64,000 bases of DNA from Schmidtea polychroa (Eukaryota): the NCBI GenBank assembly GCA_044892525.1, contig CM097885.1, forward strand, positions 45,758,001 to 45,822,000, given 5' to 3'. The number at the start of each line of letters is the position of its first letter. Within the stretch, counting starts at the first letter, position 1. The notes under the pieces are model-generated. The model saw nothing but the letters and a program-made list of their open reading frames with translations. It had not been told where the DNA came from and made no database searches. Position numbers and translations under genes: made by a program. Shown piece by piece: positions 1 through 15,554 of this stretch.

Positions 1-179
1 TAACTAAAATAATTTTTATATGATTGAAAAAATTTTATTAAATTATTATTTGTTAATTTGTTTGAATATTATTATTTTTATTGAGTTGTTATTAATACGA
101 TTCCTAGCTTGATGAAGACTGTTAAACTGCAGAAATATATAACAATGTTAGATTATAATATACTTAGTTGGTAATTTTC

Positions 180-333
<154 letters not shown>

Positions 334-2804
334 TTCTAATAATTAAAATATTATTTTTTAAATAAATAAATTTCAACTATAAGTACTATAAGTTTATTAT
401 TTCTCAATTCGTATATATTTAAAATAATGAAAATATTTAGATAAACTTCAAAAATAACTGATAATTTATATATGTTCATTGATTGCGAACAAAAGAACAT
501 TGTATAATCTGCTTAACATTGAGACAAGATTCAAAGAAAAGTAGTTATGTACACATTGTTTTAAAAAAGTAAATAATTCAAACAAATGTTTTCATAAAAT
601 TACTAAAAAAATTTCTTTAAATAATTTAAATTTTATATTGATAATATATTAAGGAAAATTAAAATTTATTAAATTAATTAAACAACTACAACATCTTTGT
701 GTAATTTATTGATTAATATGGTAGAAAAGTGGATTTATTTTATATTTTATTTCATATTTAGCATTTATTTAATGTTATAAATGAAAAATAATAATCAATA
801 AGTATTAATTGTCACTGGAATAATTAGTGTCAGAAATAATTTTGTTAATATTTCATTATAGGCAGACGTTTATTAATAAAACAAAAATAACGCGAAGGTT
901 GCTTGTCAGTAGGTATCAGGCTATCATGGTAATTAGATACATTCTTCTAAGTATGTCTTATTTATGAATATTTGCATAGGGTATCATTTTTTTGATCTCA
1001 ACCTCATGTGTTAATGTCTATAATATTCATTGGTCTTCCTTAAAAGTTTGATGAGGCACTCTTTCTCCGTTTTTTGTCAATTTGGCTTTAAAACTTGATT
1101 TCTTATAAGATAATTGTATATTTTGACCCAAATTCCAAGCAACTCTACTAGCTCTTTCTGTAATTCATTATGGTTTTTCCATGGTGAAAATGTTTAAGTA
1201 TATGTGCCAATGATTCATTGAAGAATGTGCATTTTCTACATTTTCTTTATGCCAATCTACCTCTTTGATTGGGTCGTTGTATGTTAAGGTCGAGATTATT
1301 AAATTTTGTTTTGACAATAAGAGCTACTTTGAGTTATTCAAGTTTTAAAACATTTTCCATTCCATATGTTTGGAGTAGTTTATGGATGTGTTCCTTGAGT
1401 GTTGATGTCTAGAAATTTGAAACCAAAGTTTTATAAAGAAATTCGGGTGAATTAAATTTTACAACAAAATTGGAATATTAGAAAACAAAATTTACTACCA
1501 AAAATATCACATAGATAGAAACTCATTTTTAGAGGAAAGGAATGTTTAGAATATATATTAAAAATGATTTAATCAATAATTTTTATATTAATATTTGTAA
1601 GACTGTAGATCAAAACAATATAAACAATATAATGAGCACAGCATTTATCAAGTGTGGCAATAAAAAATATCAAAATAAAAGTCAAAGGTGAAACCGAAAT
1701 GATAAATAAGATAGTTTAATAAATATAATGGCAATAGAAAATCAAAAGTAATCAGGAGTGGAATTCAAAAGAAATTCTTTAAATATTAAAAAATTAGTTT
1801 TGTATATTTCCATTATAATATCATATTAGAATACCATATCTTTCATTGAACAACAACCGTAATAATCTTATAAATTGAAAGAGGCATGTGGTGGTTTTAT
1901 TTTATTTCGAGGGGTTATTTATTATTTATTGAAACCATTTAAAATTATTATAAGAGATCATTTAAAAAAAATAGAGACCATTTAGTAATACCCTGATTAA
2001 AAATACAAAAGATATTTTTGACTTTAAATCGTCTTGTGGCCTTGCCTTAATCTTTTTCTGTAAATTTCATTAATAATAATTGCAATTGACTAGATTAGTT
2101 TTTGGTAACCAAGTACCAGTAACAAAATTTAACATTCAAAAGCTAAAATAACAAATGGCTTTAATGTTACATTGAGGTCTTTTGGGAATATTTGAAAAAC
2201 GAAGGTTCCTATTAAATGTGGTTTCCATGGTTTCACTTATTTAAAGACATCAAAAAAATAATAATTATAAATATTAAAGAAACTAAAGATTATCATAATG
2301 CTCTAATTTGTTATTCTTTGTTTGCTAATATCTTACCATGGAATTTTAGAATAGATATTTTTAGTCACATTTTCTTTTAAATTTTGTTGTAATTTTTAAT
2401 TAAAGGTTTTGTAGACAAAAGAATTAGTTAAATAATATTGCAATAATGGGTTTCGTGTTATAGAACTGATAGGGTTGCGAAAAAATATTATATGGTAACT
2501 TATTTCTTAGTGTTTATTTTTGATAATAATAAAGTGTATTATACTATTCGTTTTCAAATTATTCATTTAATTCGATAAAATGTGATTAAATAGGCCTTTC
2601 AATTGAAAATATAAATATAATAAAATATTTTTATATACTGTGGAACATTCATATATTAAATACCTAAATTTAGGAAAAATATTTGTCGTGTAAAAAATTA
2701 TTCTTTTTTTACCTTTACAACTTAAAACACTTTTCTATTAGAATATTTTAATAAATTTAGAGATTGCTATGCTTGATAATTTATTAGTTAAGCTTCCTCA
2801 TACT

Positions 2805-3157
2805 CACTATATACACAAAGCAAAACTGTAAAATATGATGTCAATCACATGATTGACATTTGTATATTAAATATTAACATATTTATAATATTAATTATGT
2901 CAGGATGGTTTGCGAACTTTGAAACATTTTTTTACAATAAATTGAGCGCGCATACTCCTAGTCACTAGGACCTAGTGGGACGGTAGTTTTCTTTAAACAA
3001 ATTTTGTATCTATTTTAAGAAAAATCGACATTCGTACATCTTTTTCTCTCTATATATACATCATATACATCATATACAATCATATTCAATCATATACAAT
3101 CATATACAATCATGTGATTGACATCATATTTTACAGTTTTGTTTTGTGTATATAGTG
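2805..3157. mobile_element. Non-autonomous TIR element (MITE), CACTA...TAGTG termini
   Basis: About 50-bp inverted repeats: cactatatacacaaagcaaaactgtaaaatatgatgtcaatcacatgattg / caatcatgtgattgacatcatattttacagttttgttttgtgtatatagtg. No clear TSD. Confidence 0.7.
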
Positions 3158-3857
3158 ATATATACATCATTGTCGTATTATTTTCAAGGACATTCCTCAA
3201 TGTGAAGAATGGAATTATTATTATTTTTATTAAGGTGTTTTCTGAAAGTTTACTTGCTTAATAATAGTGATAATAATAATAAAAATAATGGTAATAGAAA
3301 ATAATATTCTGGTACGGAATGATTTTCCCAAAATCCAATGACCTCATACAGATGTAGATTAAACATGATAAACCTATGTCCATTGTTCGTTTTGACTTGA
3401 TTACCGAATCAAAGTTGATTAGTTAAAGTTTCTTGAAAAGAATTAATTATTCACGTCCCTCAGAATCGGTGTTTCTTTCATTAATATTATATTATACTCA
3501 ATTAAATGCTTTTTGAAACTAAAGTTAAAATGCTTAATTTTATTTTATCATTATGAATAATATTAGTTTGTGATGTTAAATTATAGATATATATAAAAAT
3601 TTAAAAGTTTTTATCAATGATTAAATTAATTTAAATATTTGTAGTATTTATATTTAATTTTTAGATTTGTGATAAATTTATTGTATTTTTTTTAATCTTT
3701 TTATAACCATTTTAAAACTGAAATCGGAAAGTATAGAAGTTTAAATATAATATCATCTGAATCATTTTTAAAATTATTTTAAATCTTGAATTATTCAAAA
3801 ATACTAATAACAACATTTGGATGTTTATAAATTTATAACATTTCATTGTTTCGACAA

Positions 3858-3962
<105 letters not shown>

Positions 3963-4497
3963 ATTGATGATTGCTTGGTAGCAGCATTTATTATTTAAAA
4001 CAATAAAATGATAATTTAAGCCTTTTGCTGCAAATAATGTATTTAATGAAAGAATTTTCGACTATACGATAGTCCTTGTCAATCTCCTGGAATTTAGCAA
4101 TGTTCTTCTTCAAAATACCCTTCAATCTTTCTTTTATTTCCTTTCTCTTAATTCTCATTGGTTGTAAATATAATGAATTGTTTTACTAAAAACTTTTAAA
4201 ATTTTTTTTTTTTTATTTTATTATAATTTTTACATTTAAAATTTCAAAATGACACAAACTAAAATTTTTAAATTTTTTACAGCTTCTATAATTAGCTTCT
4301 AGAAGCCTAATAAAATATTTGAAAATATTTTAAATAAAGCCTCCAATAACTACTTATATATGCTATTTAAATATTTCAATAAATGTGTCAATTTTGATTT
4401 TCAAACCCTATTTTTTTAAAACAAAAACTTTAAAGAGCAATCAAATTTCAATAAAATCCTACACCGAAACGGATACCAAGGTGAGGACATTGAAAAA

Positions 4498-5052
4498 ATG
4501 AATTCTACCCCAAGAAGATCTAGGGAATTAACACAAAAGAATCAGAAATATTTCTATCTGAATATCCCATTCATCAGTGACATACTCGACTTCAAGATCC
4601 TGAAAGAACTTAAACGTACCGGTCTTCCAATTCGGATAGCACATAAATCTTGGACATTGAGAAGGGCTCTGGCAGGCAACATAAATAGAGAAAACAATTG
4701 CACAATGAAAAACTGCCAGACACCGAAAGATATGTGCTTTAGAAAAAACATCGTCTATTGCATCACGTGCAATGTATGCAATGAAATCTACATTGGAAGT
4801 ACCCTCAGGACATTGCACCAAAGAGTTAAAGAACATCTAGATCCTGGTGGAACATCCTCGTTGGGCCGACATCTCCGGCAGTGTCAGCCAACAGAGGAAA
4901 GAAAAAATATTTCAATAGAAATCATAGCTAATGGAAACATCCAAAAGAAAAATGTCAGAATCAAAGAAGCAATTCTCATAATAAACAGACAGCCAAAGAT
5001 CAACACTAAAGAAGAAATCAATGAAATCATGAATTTGATCTGTTGTCATTGA
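4498..5052 (+). pseudogene. Penelope GIY-YIG endonuclease domain (C-terminal fragment of the element ORF)
   Basis: C..KNIVYCITCNVCNEIYIGSTLRTLHQRVKEH...IKEAILI....PKIN. Confidence 0.85.
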
Positions 5053-5130
5053 CTTTGAGAATAACTGACAATATACAAAGAAATTAAAAAAATAAGAATA
5101 AATTAAAAAGTAATAATTAGAATAATATAG

Positions 5131-5164
<34 letters not shown>

Positions 5165-5489
5165 AATAGGGTTTGAAAATCAAAATTGACACATTTATTG
5201 AAATATTTAAATAGCATATATAAGTAGTTATTGGAGGCTTTATTTAAAATATTTTCAAATATTTTATTAGGCTTCTAGAAGCTAATTATAGAAGCTGTAA
5301 AAAATTTAAAAATTTTAGTTTGTGTCATTTTGAAATTTTAAATGTAAAAATTATAATAAAATAAAAAAAAAAAAATTTTAAAAGTTTTTAGTAAAACAAT
5401 TCATTATATTTACAACCAATGAGAATTAAGAGAAAGGAAATAAAAGAAAGATTGAAGGGTATTTTGAAGAAGAACATTGCTAAATTCCA

Positions 5490-5529
5490 GGAGATTGACA
5501 AGGACTATCGTATAGTCGAAAATTCTTTC
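5490..5529 (+). ncRNA. Minimal type I hammerhead ribozyme, U3-A8 core variant (inverted copy at 4048-4087)
   Basis: gaga-TTGACAA-g-gactat(cgt)atagtc-GAAA-attc-tttc: perfect stem II, palindromic stem III, located in the Penelope pLTR. Confidence 0.65.
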
Positions 5530-5576
5530 ATTAAATACATTATTTGCAGCAAAAGGCTTAAATTATCATTTTATTG

Positions 5577-5668
<92 letters not shown>

Positions 5669-6143
5669 TTCTTTTTTTTATTATAATGAATGATAATATA
5701 AATATTTGCTGTAAAATATGTATTATGTGAAATGCTTATCATTCCCTTGTTTAACCTGCTACTGCTAATATGAAATCATAATTTCCTATTATTAGTTACT
5801 TTAATTTATTCAATTTTTTCAATGTTGTGATTAATTTTTAAATAATTTACTTGGTTGATTTTTGTCAAAATTTAAAAGATGAATTAATTAAAATACTTAT
5901 TTGGAAAGATATTTTAATTTGTAAATAGAACTACAGAAAACACATAATTTTTACTCATCTTTTGCGTTATCATCTAATAATTATTAAATATAATATATTA
6001 TATATTATGTATTAAATATTATTATACGCAAACCCGTTTAATTGATGTCTATGAATGGGTTCATATATTATTGATTTGAGTTCTTAGATTATATCATTGT
6101 TTATAATTTATTCCAAATGTGTATCTGCATTGTCTGCATTCCA

Positions 6144-6353
<210 letters not shown>

Positions 6354-8309
6354 ACGTATTGTTACTTAATCATATTACAAAGTTTGTTCCAATATACATA
6401 ATATTTTATACACAGCAAAACAAAATTAAAATGAAATCGGTTTTATTTTAACTTGAAATTACAGTTTAATAATTAACATTATAATAAAATTTTAAAAACT
6501 TTAATTAATACTCAAAAAATGTAAAATAATTTTGCTATTTTATATGTCATTACATGTTTGGAAATGATTTTGGAAAGGAAACACTATTCAGATTTTCTAG
6601 ATTAAAATCTGAATAGTTATAAATTATCTAAAATGCAATCAAAATTCAACATCAAATGGGAAATATGTAATAATCTACGGAGCCAATTTATTGAATTTCT
6701 TTTCAAGTTAAAATCTTTTCCAATATCTATTGAAATTTATTGACAATCGATGATAGATTTGTTTTTCCCCTAATTTCACTGATATTATTGATTATCTTTT
6801 TGAAAGGGGTGAAATTGATATCTTGTGATTTTATTAGATTTTCCCCTCTGATCATGTTATTTTTTATTGACAAAATAAATTGGATTTCTGAGATAAAATT
6901 AATTTGTGAAAACTTGAAGTTGTTTTCGTTTGTTTAAATCAAAGTCTCACGCAATAATTATTAATCAAAGAAAAATTTTCATTAAATTCATTTTATTAAT
7001 CATTATTTATATCTAATTAAAACAAAGAGGTATTTTTAAAATTATTTGAAATTTTTATTTCTACTTTAAGTAGAATAATGAAAGAAAAATATCAGTTATA
7101 ATTAAACTAAAAATGAAAATCTTTTTATTTTTGATATTTAACATTCAAAGTGTTAATTAGTGGGTCAAATTCTATGAGGATATGCGATAGACGGTTACCA
7201 AATAATCAGTTATTAGAATTTCTCTTTGATTATTGGTTTCCTCACTCAAACTCTATTCTAAAAATCAGGTATATTAATAATTAATGAAAACAAATATATC
7301 GAAAATAATAGTCATATTTATGTCAGTTTAATATATTTATTTACTCAAAAAAACAACAATGTTAAACATAGTGTGAAATCTCAGAATTTAAAGTTACTAT
7401 TAATAAATTAATTGGAATAAACTTTCAAACACCTGTCAAATTTTGTAAAAATAATATTTCTCTTGGAATTTTATTTATTTTCCTTCACTTAACTGCGATA
7501 GATCAATATTTGTATAGTTTAAATCTAAAGAAAGATAGGTAAAATTTTTAATAAATAAAGATCAAAGATGAACAATAAAAGAGAAATGATTTTAATAAAA
7601 ATAATTTCATCAAATGTAGTATTACAAATAAAACATTTTTTAGTTTAAGAATAATTATTTCTTGAAACAATTAATTAATGATTTTATTATTAAAAAAAAT
7701 TTAAGATTTCGAAATCTGATAAACATATAGTTTTGATACATATATTTTATATTTTGTTTTATTAAACTGCGTATATTTATTATTAAACTTTTGACAATTT
7801 AGTGAAATAAAAAAACATTTACAATCAATCGAAAAATCTATCTGTAAACTTATTAAACAGTTTTTTGTGATCAAAATCTGAAAAGTGAAAATTAAATTAT
7901 AAAAAAATCTGAACTTTTAAAAATAAAAAAGAGATTTATGTAAATTGTATTACGACAAATGATTAAATAAGGGCGTAAGATTAAAATAGGTATGTCTGAT
8001 TTTAAAATTTTATTAAAAAATTTCGATAATTATTGGGAACGTGTGATTTGTGAGGCGTTGTTGATAAAATCATTGAATCCGAAAATTAATGTGCAGAATG
8101 CAGTAAATACTTGTGTGTGAGTGTTTTTAAATAAGCTTTTGTATATTGTATGTATTGATTGTTGTGTTAAATTAAATAATTAATAAAAGTTTTTAAAATT
8201 ATTAAATTAAATTTTAAATGTTAAAATTTTCAAAAAATAATATATTTTTTTATAAAATGAAAAAATTTTTATATATAATTAAATTTGTTTAAAATCCTTA
8301 ATTTAATGA

Positions 8310-9002
8310 GTGTTGGTTGAACTGTTGATGAAGAATGGTTATTCAAAATCCTTTTTAGTAATTATGGTGAAAGAGACTGTTGACAAATTTATTAAAAATC
8401 CTAAGGATCCATGTTTGAGAAAATTTGGGTGTGATCTTGTTGAGATGTGTGAGTCTGATGAGTTAAAATCTGGGTGTGATTTTGTTGAGGTGTGTGAGTC
8501 TGATGAGTTAAATAAATTAAATAGTGTGAGCAAGGATGATGAGCCTAAATTTGTGTTAGTATTGCCGTACTCAGAAGGTTTTAAGGATTATAAAGTGAAG
8601 ATAAGAAAGCAGTTAGGGAATTTAAACTATAGGATAGTGTCAACTTCATGGAAAGTACGCAATATGTTTATTAATAAGTCAAAGACTCCGGTTGAATTGT
8701 GTTCCGATCTCGTTTATCAGTTTACATGTAATGGGTGTAATGCCACATACATTGGAGAGACTTCCCGTCATCTCTGTATTCGAGCTCGAGAACATTGTAG
8801 ACCGAAGTCTTTGACCCATATTGGTGAGCACAATAGGGGCTGTAAGATTAAAATAGGTATGTCTGATTTTAAAATTTTATTAAAAAACTTCGATAATTAT
8901 TGGGAACGTGTGATTTGTGAGGCGTTGTTGATAAAATCATTGAATCCGAAAATTAATGTGCAGAATGCTGTAAATACTTGTGTGTTGAGTGTTTTTAAAT
9001 AA
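8310..9002 (+). pseudogene. Penelope linker + GIY-YIG endonuclease fragment
   Basis: LVLPY...KSKTP..LCSDLVYQFTCNGCNATYIGETSRHLCIRAREH...EALLIKSLNPKIN. Includes an internal 45-bp tandem duplication at about 8424-8513. Confidence 0.85.
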
Positions 9003-9191
9003 GCTTTTGTGTATTGTATGTATTGATTGTTGTGTTAAATTAAATAATTGATAAAAAAATTTTAAATTTTTAAATTATTAAATTAAATTTTAAATGTTAA
9101 AGTTTTTAAAAAATAATATTTTTATAAAATAAAAAATTTTTATATATAATTAAATTTGTTTAAAATCCTTTATTTAATGAGTATTATATCC

Positions 9192-9230
9192 CACCTGATG
9201 ATGACAGGAAAACTGTCGAAATTAATCGTG
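9192..9230 (+). ncRNA. Minimal type I hammerhead ribozyme (canonical core)
   Basis: cac-CTGATGA-t-gacag(gaaaa)ctgtc-GAAA-ttaatc-gtg: stem I cac/gtg, palindromic stem III attaat. Confidence 0.85.
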
Positions 9231-9541
9231 AAGAAAATGTTTGATTGGCGTTATCTTATAATTAAATCATTGCCATGTATGTTTAACTATTCATTTAATA
9301 TTTGTTTTTAATTCTCATAACATGTACATATACACCGATAAGAAATATGTAGTATGTTATGGATTGCGATACACCAAATGCCTTGATTAAATAAAGGTTT
9401 ATTGGACGCTTTATGAGGTTATTTTACTTTATCATTTTTTATTCAATTTAGAAATAATATTTTAAATACATTTAAATTGAATTTATTAAAAAAAGAGTTT
9501 GAAGACTATAAATCAGTAATATATCGATGTTTGTTGATACG

Positions 9542-9573
9542 CACGAATTTTCGGCACTGCCTTTTTTCAAGTG
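9542..9573 (-). ncRNA. Putative minimal hammerhead, U3-A8 variant, in the loop of an inverted repeat (9477-9633)
   Basis: Minus strand: cac-TTGAAAA-aa-ggc(agt)gcc-GAAA-attc-gtg. Confidence 0.5.
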
Positions 9574-12500
9574 AATTCAACATCGATATATTACTGATTT
9601 ATAGTCTTCAATCTCTCTTTTTAATAAATTCAATGGAAAAAATAATCAGTGGTGAAATTGGAAGAAATAAAGTTCTTATAATGATATTTAAATTTAATTT
9701 AATAATTATTTTTATTAAAAATATTTTTACTAATTTTTACATGCGTTAAACCATAAAATTTCTTGAAAAAATGATTTAGATAATGTAATTAATAACAGAA
9801 ATTAGAAAAATTAGTAAATTAGAAATTAATAAAAATTAGTTAATAATAACAGAGTTTTGAAAATGTTTTTAAAATTACAAAAAATGGTTTCATAATTCGT
9901 TATTTTAAACATTATTTTGTTAAAACACACAAGTAAGATAGTGTATTCCTATATTACAAATTTTATTGATTGTTTTAATTATAAAAAGTTCTATCCAGTA
10001 CTATCATGTAGGTAGAAAGAACAAGAAAAATAAATATTAAATACATTCTGATATATCCACACCCACCGAACCTACAAAAAAGAATATTGCTTTAAACTTT
10101 CAACTAGTTTCTATCCAAAATCAAAAAAAAATGTCACTTGAGTTTCACTAAATAAATTGTCTGCTTAAAGCAAATTCAATATGGAAATGGTATAATAATA
10201 ATGAAATATATTTCAAAAAAATAGAAAACTTTAATATTTCTTCCTTTGCTTTGTTTTTTAAATAAATTTTTAATTTTATTATTTATCTGTAATTATGTTA
10301 ATCACAATAATGATAAATGCATATATAAATATATTACAAAGGCATCGTTTGTTTTTTTAATATATAAATTACTTTAATGATTATCACGAATAAAATTTGA
10401 ATGTGTTGATAATTGGATAATAATAATTATTAGATTAAATTAAATTAAATGTATTGTAAAACTTAATAAGAAAACTATAGAAAATAAATCTTTTAATTAA
10501 TTTTGAGAAAAGTAAATAAATACGATTGTAGATAATTATATAATTATTTTTGTTGAAAATTGCATAGATTGATGAAGTAAAATCTTTTAAAAAAACTTTG
10601 TTTTTGACAATTTTATTGATATTTACATTCCTTAATTTATAAATTTAATTTAATGTAATAATGATTTAATATATTAAGATTCAAATGTTTTAAGACTGTT
10701 AATATTTTTGTTTATGTTTTATATTTTTTTTTCTTTAATTTCTTAATTTAATAAAAAGATCTAAATCAAAATTTAGTAATATGTTTAATGAAAAAATTTA
10801 GAAAACATATTTTACTTTACAAATGTAATTTAATTAAAAATTAATAATTATAAAAATATTATGAATAAAATTCCAAGCAACAGTGACAATGAAGGGTAAA
10901 ATTAATAAATACTTTCTTTTATTTCGTCCAATAGACATCATTTGTTAGACCTAATATAATTATTTGTATTATTATAAAATATATTTAAAGTTATAAATAT
11001 AAACTGTTGTCAAATATCTAGATAAAAATAATAAACTTATAATTACTAACAATAAAATAAAAATTAAATTATTTCCAAATTTTACATTTTATTACCATAT
11101 CTAATTTTTTGAATGAATGGTTTTTCATTTTAAAACCCAGGCAAACATAATACGCTCTAGCCACTATGGCCTAGTTTTGTTAAGAGATTTTCTTTGTTGT
11201 TTATAAAAAATGTTTAATGAAAAAAATGTAACATAAATTTAAAATTTTATTGCTTAATCGAATCTAAATCTTTAATGAAAACCTTAATTTCTAATTAAAT
11301 AAAACTTTTATAATTAATTATTTCTTTGAATTTAGAATTATTTTATGAAAATTAGAGTGAAATTGATTTTTAGTAATAAATACTCTGTTTTTTTCTCTTA
11401 TTTCTTTGCGACATAAATAAATTATTGTAAAAACCAAATTACAGTGCCTGAATTCATAATTATACTAAAATGTGATAAACTGTGATTTAAAAGATCATAA
11501 TTTTGCAAATCTCAAGGCAAATAGAATATAGTTGAAAGTGCATTCTCAATTTTTACTTTTATTCTATTTTTTTACTATTTTGTATTTAGATATATTGAAT
11601 AATTTATTTTTTCAAAATTATTCAATGAATTTATGTCTATTTCTCAACTTGATATTGTTCAACTATGAAATAATAATGTTACTTTTGGTCTATGAAATTT
11701 CAAAAAATAATAATTTTTACATTGGTATAATAGGTAATTTCCTGCCAATGGTGAGTATCTGTTACTATCATTTTATATATCAGATTATCCCTTGTTAATT
11801 GTTACTTTTAGATAAACTGTAAATTAGGAACTTTCTAACTCTCTAAATGATGAGCACAAAATGTGCCATTGACAGAATTATTTATAAGAATATGTTGATG
11901 CCTTCATTTATTGTGCGGCATGGAATTAACACCTATTTTTGTTCACTTACTATTTATGTAAAAACTAGGTTTTTGATGTACATCAATAAAGAAGTTCTGC
12001 TTTAGGGGAGGCTTTTAATTATGATATTGATATATTTGTATAATTTTATATTCACTTTCTTATGTCGTACTAATACAAATTATTGGATAAAACATTTTCA
12101 TTTAATTATTTTATCAGTTATATTGTAAATAAAATAGCAAAATGTGGAGAACTCGAAATGTTCTTGAAAAGATTACAGTTTTCTATTCATTACTCGTTCT
12201 AAGATAAAAATAAGTGTGATTATAAATATATGAAAAATATTTTTATATCAAAGTCGACGATAAATTAATAGAAATTTACTGAAAAACACCAACCTCAGAA
12301 ACCAAACTTTGTATTGAATAAGGTTGAACTTCAATCAAATGTGGGATAATTGAATAACTTTAATGATTTTCAGCTTTTAAATTATTATAACATTTCTTTG
12401 CATGCCGAATTAGTCGTCAATATGCTAATTTGAATCATCATTTTCAAATTCAATCTGCTATAACCAGAAAAATGTATAAACTGCCTGATACAAATAACTA

Positions 12501-13968
12501 AAAGTCAGATTTACGAGACTATTATATCTGGATCAAATTACTTCTATTAAAATCAAACAAAAATGCAGATATAATAAAGTTATTTGTACGCTGGAGTATT
12601 ATCAGCTCTTATAAAATGATGATTATGTCACGTGAATGTAACATACAAATCGTATGCTTGTGGCAGATTCAATTCAGAAATTGTGTATTATTAATGAGAT
12701 TTAAGTGAAAATCTTTATATTTTTTAAGTATAGCCTTTGTTGTAGTTATTAAAATTGTGATAGCGTGTATTGACAGAAATTAATCATAATAAAAAACTTT
12801 GCTTACAAATTTGGTATTAAATTTTCAAAATATTACATTTGTTATTAAAAGATTTCATGTGATTTTTTAATTGTTAAATTTCTTAAATAATTAAATAAAC
12901 AATAACAATGACATATAGTATCACCTTTCTTGTATCAATGTTTAATTTAATAATTAATATTTTTGGAAATATTTGCCATTTTCCATGGCTTTGAATTCAA
13001 ATTTCTGAAATAATTTCCGAGTTCATTTGTAAGAAAGCATTATTTGCCCTAAAAAGATGTAATAAACAATTTCGCTTTCTTGTTTGTGTTTTATTATTTA
13101 CATAAAAATACCATAATATTGAAAAATAATAGAACCAACTGGCGTAACAATATACTGTTGTCGCTTCTTATCCGCTACGATTTTTAAAACGATATCCTAA
13201 GGAAAGAAGTTCAAATATATGAATGTTCAAACAAATTTATTGATAAAATAATATTTTATAAAAAAATTATAAGATAATAATTACACTTTTTTTGATTTAT
13301 TATTTTTATTCAATAATTTTTCTATTGGTACAGCCAAATTCAGGAATACAAAAAAGAACCAATTATTTCCGAAGATTCCAAAACCTACAGACGGTATCGA
13401 ATATAAAAAAATTATAAAAAACTGAATGATAGTATTATCCTTGATCTTATACAATTTGAGAATATTCCCCATTCTCATTCATCTTACATTTCAGTGATAG
13501 AAATGGCTATGTACTTCCATTCAGTATTACAGAAACGTGACTAATTATTATCATTAATTCCTTAAATAGAATATAACTTCAAAGAAGAGCAAATATGGAA
13601 AAAGGGAAAATTATTTATTTGTAATTCAATATATGTAAATATTTATATATTTTGACCCAAACAAACAAAATCTGTTCAGATCAGTGAATAGAATTAATTT
13701 TCAATTCATAACATATTTTGAATCCCATCTGACAAATGATTCAAAGTCAGTCTAAGCATTTTATGACAGAAAAACGGTATCCCGGGATTGCTTGAGATGT
13801 AAATCGTAATTGACAAATAAATCTTCTACGAATTTTTAATTTTATTTTTGAAGCATGATGAATTAGTATAAATGAATCATTATATAATTGTTATTTAAAT
13901 CGTTGTTGACCAATATTAGTGAAAATATATTTCTTGCACAAGATTTTATTGATACGCATTTTTCTATA

Positions 13969-14185
13969 CACTCATACCTCACTTTACGGCTTAGATACGT
14001 TCCAGGAAAGTTGGCCGCAAAGCGAAACGCCGCATAACGAATCAAATATTTTGATACAATTCCATACACTTTCACATACACAATTCACACTTTTTTTTGC
14101 CGTAAATCGAAAAAGTGCCGTAATTAAAGTAGGCCGTTATAGCGAAAAGCCGTATAAAGAGCAGCCGTATAGCGAGGTATGAGTG
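13969..14185. mobile_element. Tc1/mariner-pogo (Tigger-like) MITE
   Basis: TA flanks; TIRs cactcatacctcactttacggct / agccgtatagcgaggtatgagtg. Confidence 0.8.
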
Positions 14186-15554
14186 TATTAATATTAAATC
14201 AAAATTAACGGTAAAACATTTGATTTTACTTTTTTATCTCTCATTAAAATAAATAGATAAAACTTTTATCTTTTCACACTTGATCTTTATTTATATTTCA
14301 TTTTAGACTCATAAACATTCTAAAAGAAAATATTGATATAGATATTCGGAAAAGTAATTAAGAAAAGGTAATATATCAATAGACCAATAAAATTATTAAT
14401 GATAACAACAAATTCTCAGCATAGACTTTATCAAGTGTTGATTGACATTTTATTATTATATTACTGTGATATAAACAATTATTAAAATTTCTAATAAATT
14501 CAATGTCAATTTAAAAGAAATCTGAGGTGAAAATTAAAAAGTTCTTATAATTATTAAAATACAGAAAGGTTTCAAAAATATATTATACAAAATATACAAA
14601 TTTATACATTCGGATACATTATATCTAACTGATTGTAGTTTCTTCTAACTATTAATTTATTAATTATTTTAAACCAGTAAAAATAAATTTCTTATCAGTT
14701 TAAAAAATTATATCATTAATACATATTTAATTATGAAAGCTTCAAAGCCAAGACTGCAAGTAGAATCAATGAGTAAATATTTATATATTTATTAAATAAA
14801 ATATTTTGTTTATTAAATGATAAATATGTACAATTCCTAAATGTTTAATGTTTACTTTTCTTTGATATCGGAAAACTGAGGATATTCTATTTCACTATTC
14901 TTTACTTTCAACCAAAAATAAATAATATTTATCGCAACTGTACAATAATAATTCATATAATAGTGAGAAGAATGGGAAATTTAGATCCTGCTAAATTAGT
15001 AAAATAATTTCCTAATTTATGGATTGTTCATTTCTAACTATTTGATTAACTATTTATAAACAGAACACTTCACTTTTTACTTTGTCTTAAATTATTAAAG
15101 AAAATTCAAAACTTTTTCGAACAACAAAATACGTAATTGTTTCCTTATGGTATTCTATTTATACTAATAGTACCTTAATACCTGAATTATATTTTTATTT
15201 AAACAAATAATAGTTTTATATATAAAGATTGAAACAAATCATTTACTATTAAAATTATGTCGAATAAATAAATATATTTTTAAAAAATTAAATTTACTTT
15301 CGTTAACTTTTAATTTTACTGAATTGAATATAAATTAAAAACTTGCGCTTCCAACAAGAAAAATCAATTCTTTACTAATGACCCAACCAATTTAATTTTG
15401 ATTTTTTTAAATGTTTCTTAGTTGTCTAAAATAATTAATTTATTTTGCTTTGTAAACTACAACTTGTAGTCTCATATAATAACAAGCTTAAAAACAACAA
15501 CAACAATAATAATAATAATTGAAAAACTTCAACTAGATATATTGTATAACATCT

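Larger units (their letters stand above)
7971..9290 (+). mobile_element. 5'-truncated Penelope-like element (family B) with direct partial-tandem pseudo-LTR
   Basis: 7971-8312 is a near-identical direct copy of 8837-9182. Contains a GIY-YIG ORF and a downstream hammerhead. Confidence 0.85.

Noticed and set aside
880..1420. Possible decayed retroelement coding sequence (also about 19300-20340, 26300-26820, 38600-39000, 42640-43050, 51590-51830)
   Set aside because: Slightly higher GC and faint motif hints (e.g. GIY-YIG-like near 26700), but too degraded to assign without a translated search.
3060..3115. Short tandem catatacaat repeats resembling an array
   Set aside because: 10-bp minisatellite inside a MITE, with no spacers; not CRISPR-like, and the context is eukaryotic.
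8424..8513. Two CTGATGAG motifs suggesting hammerheads
   Set aside because: They lie in a 45-bp coding tandem duplication (SDE codons) with no stem II or GAAA following.
11532..11798. Hydrophobic ORF with a gtgagt donor-like site as a possible first neuroligin exon
   Set aside because: No neuroligin motifs; composition is that of AT-rich non-coding DNA.
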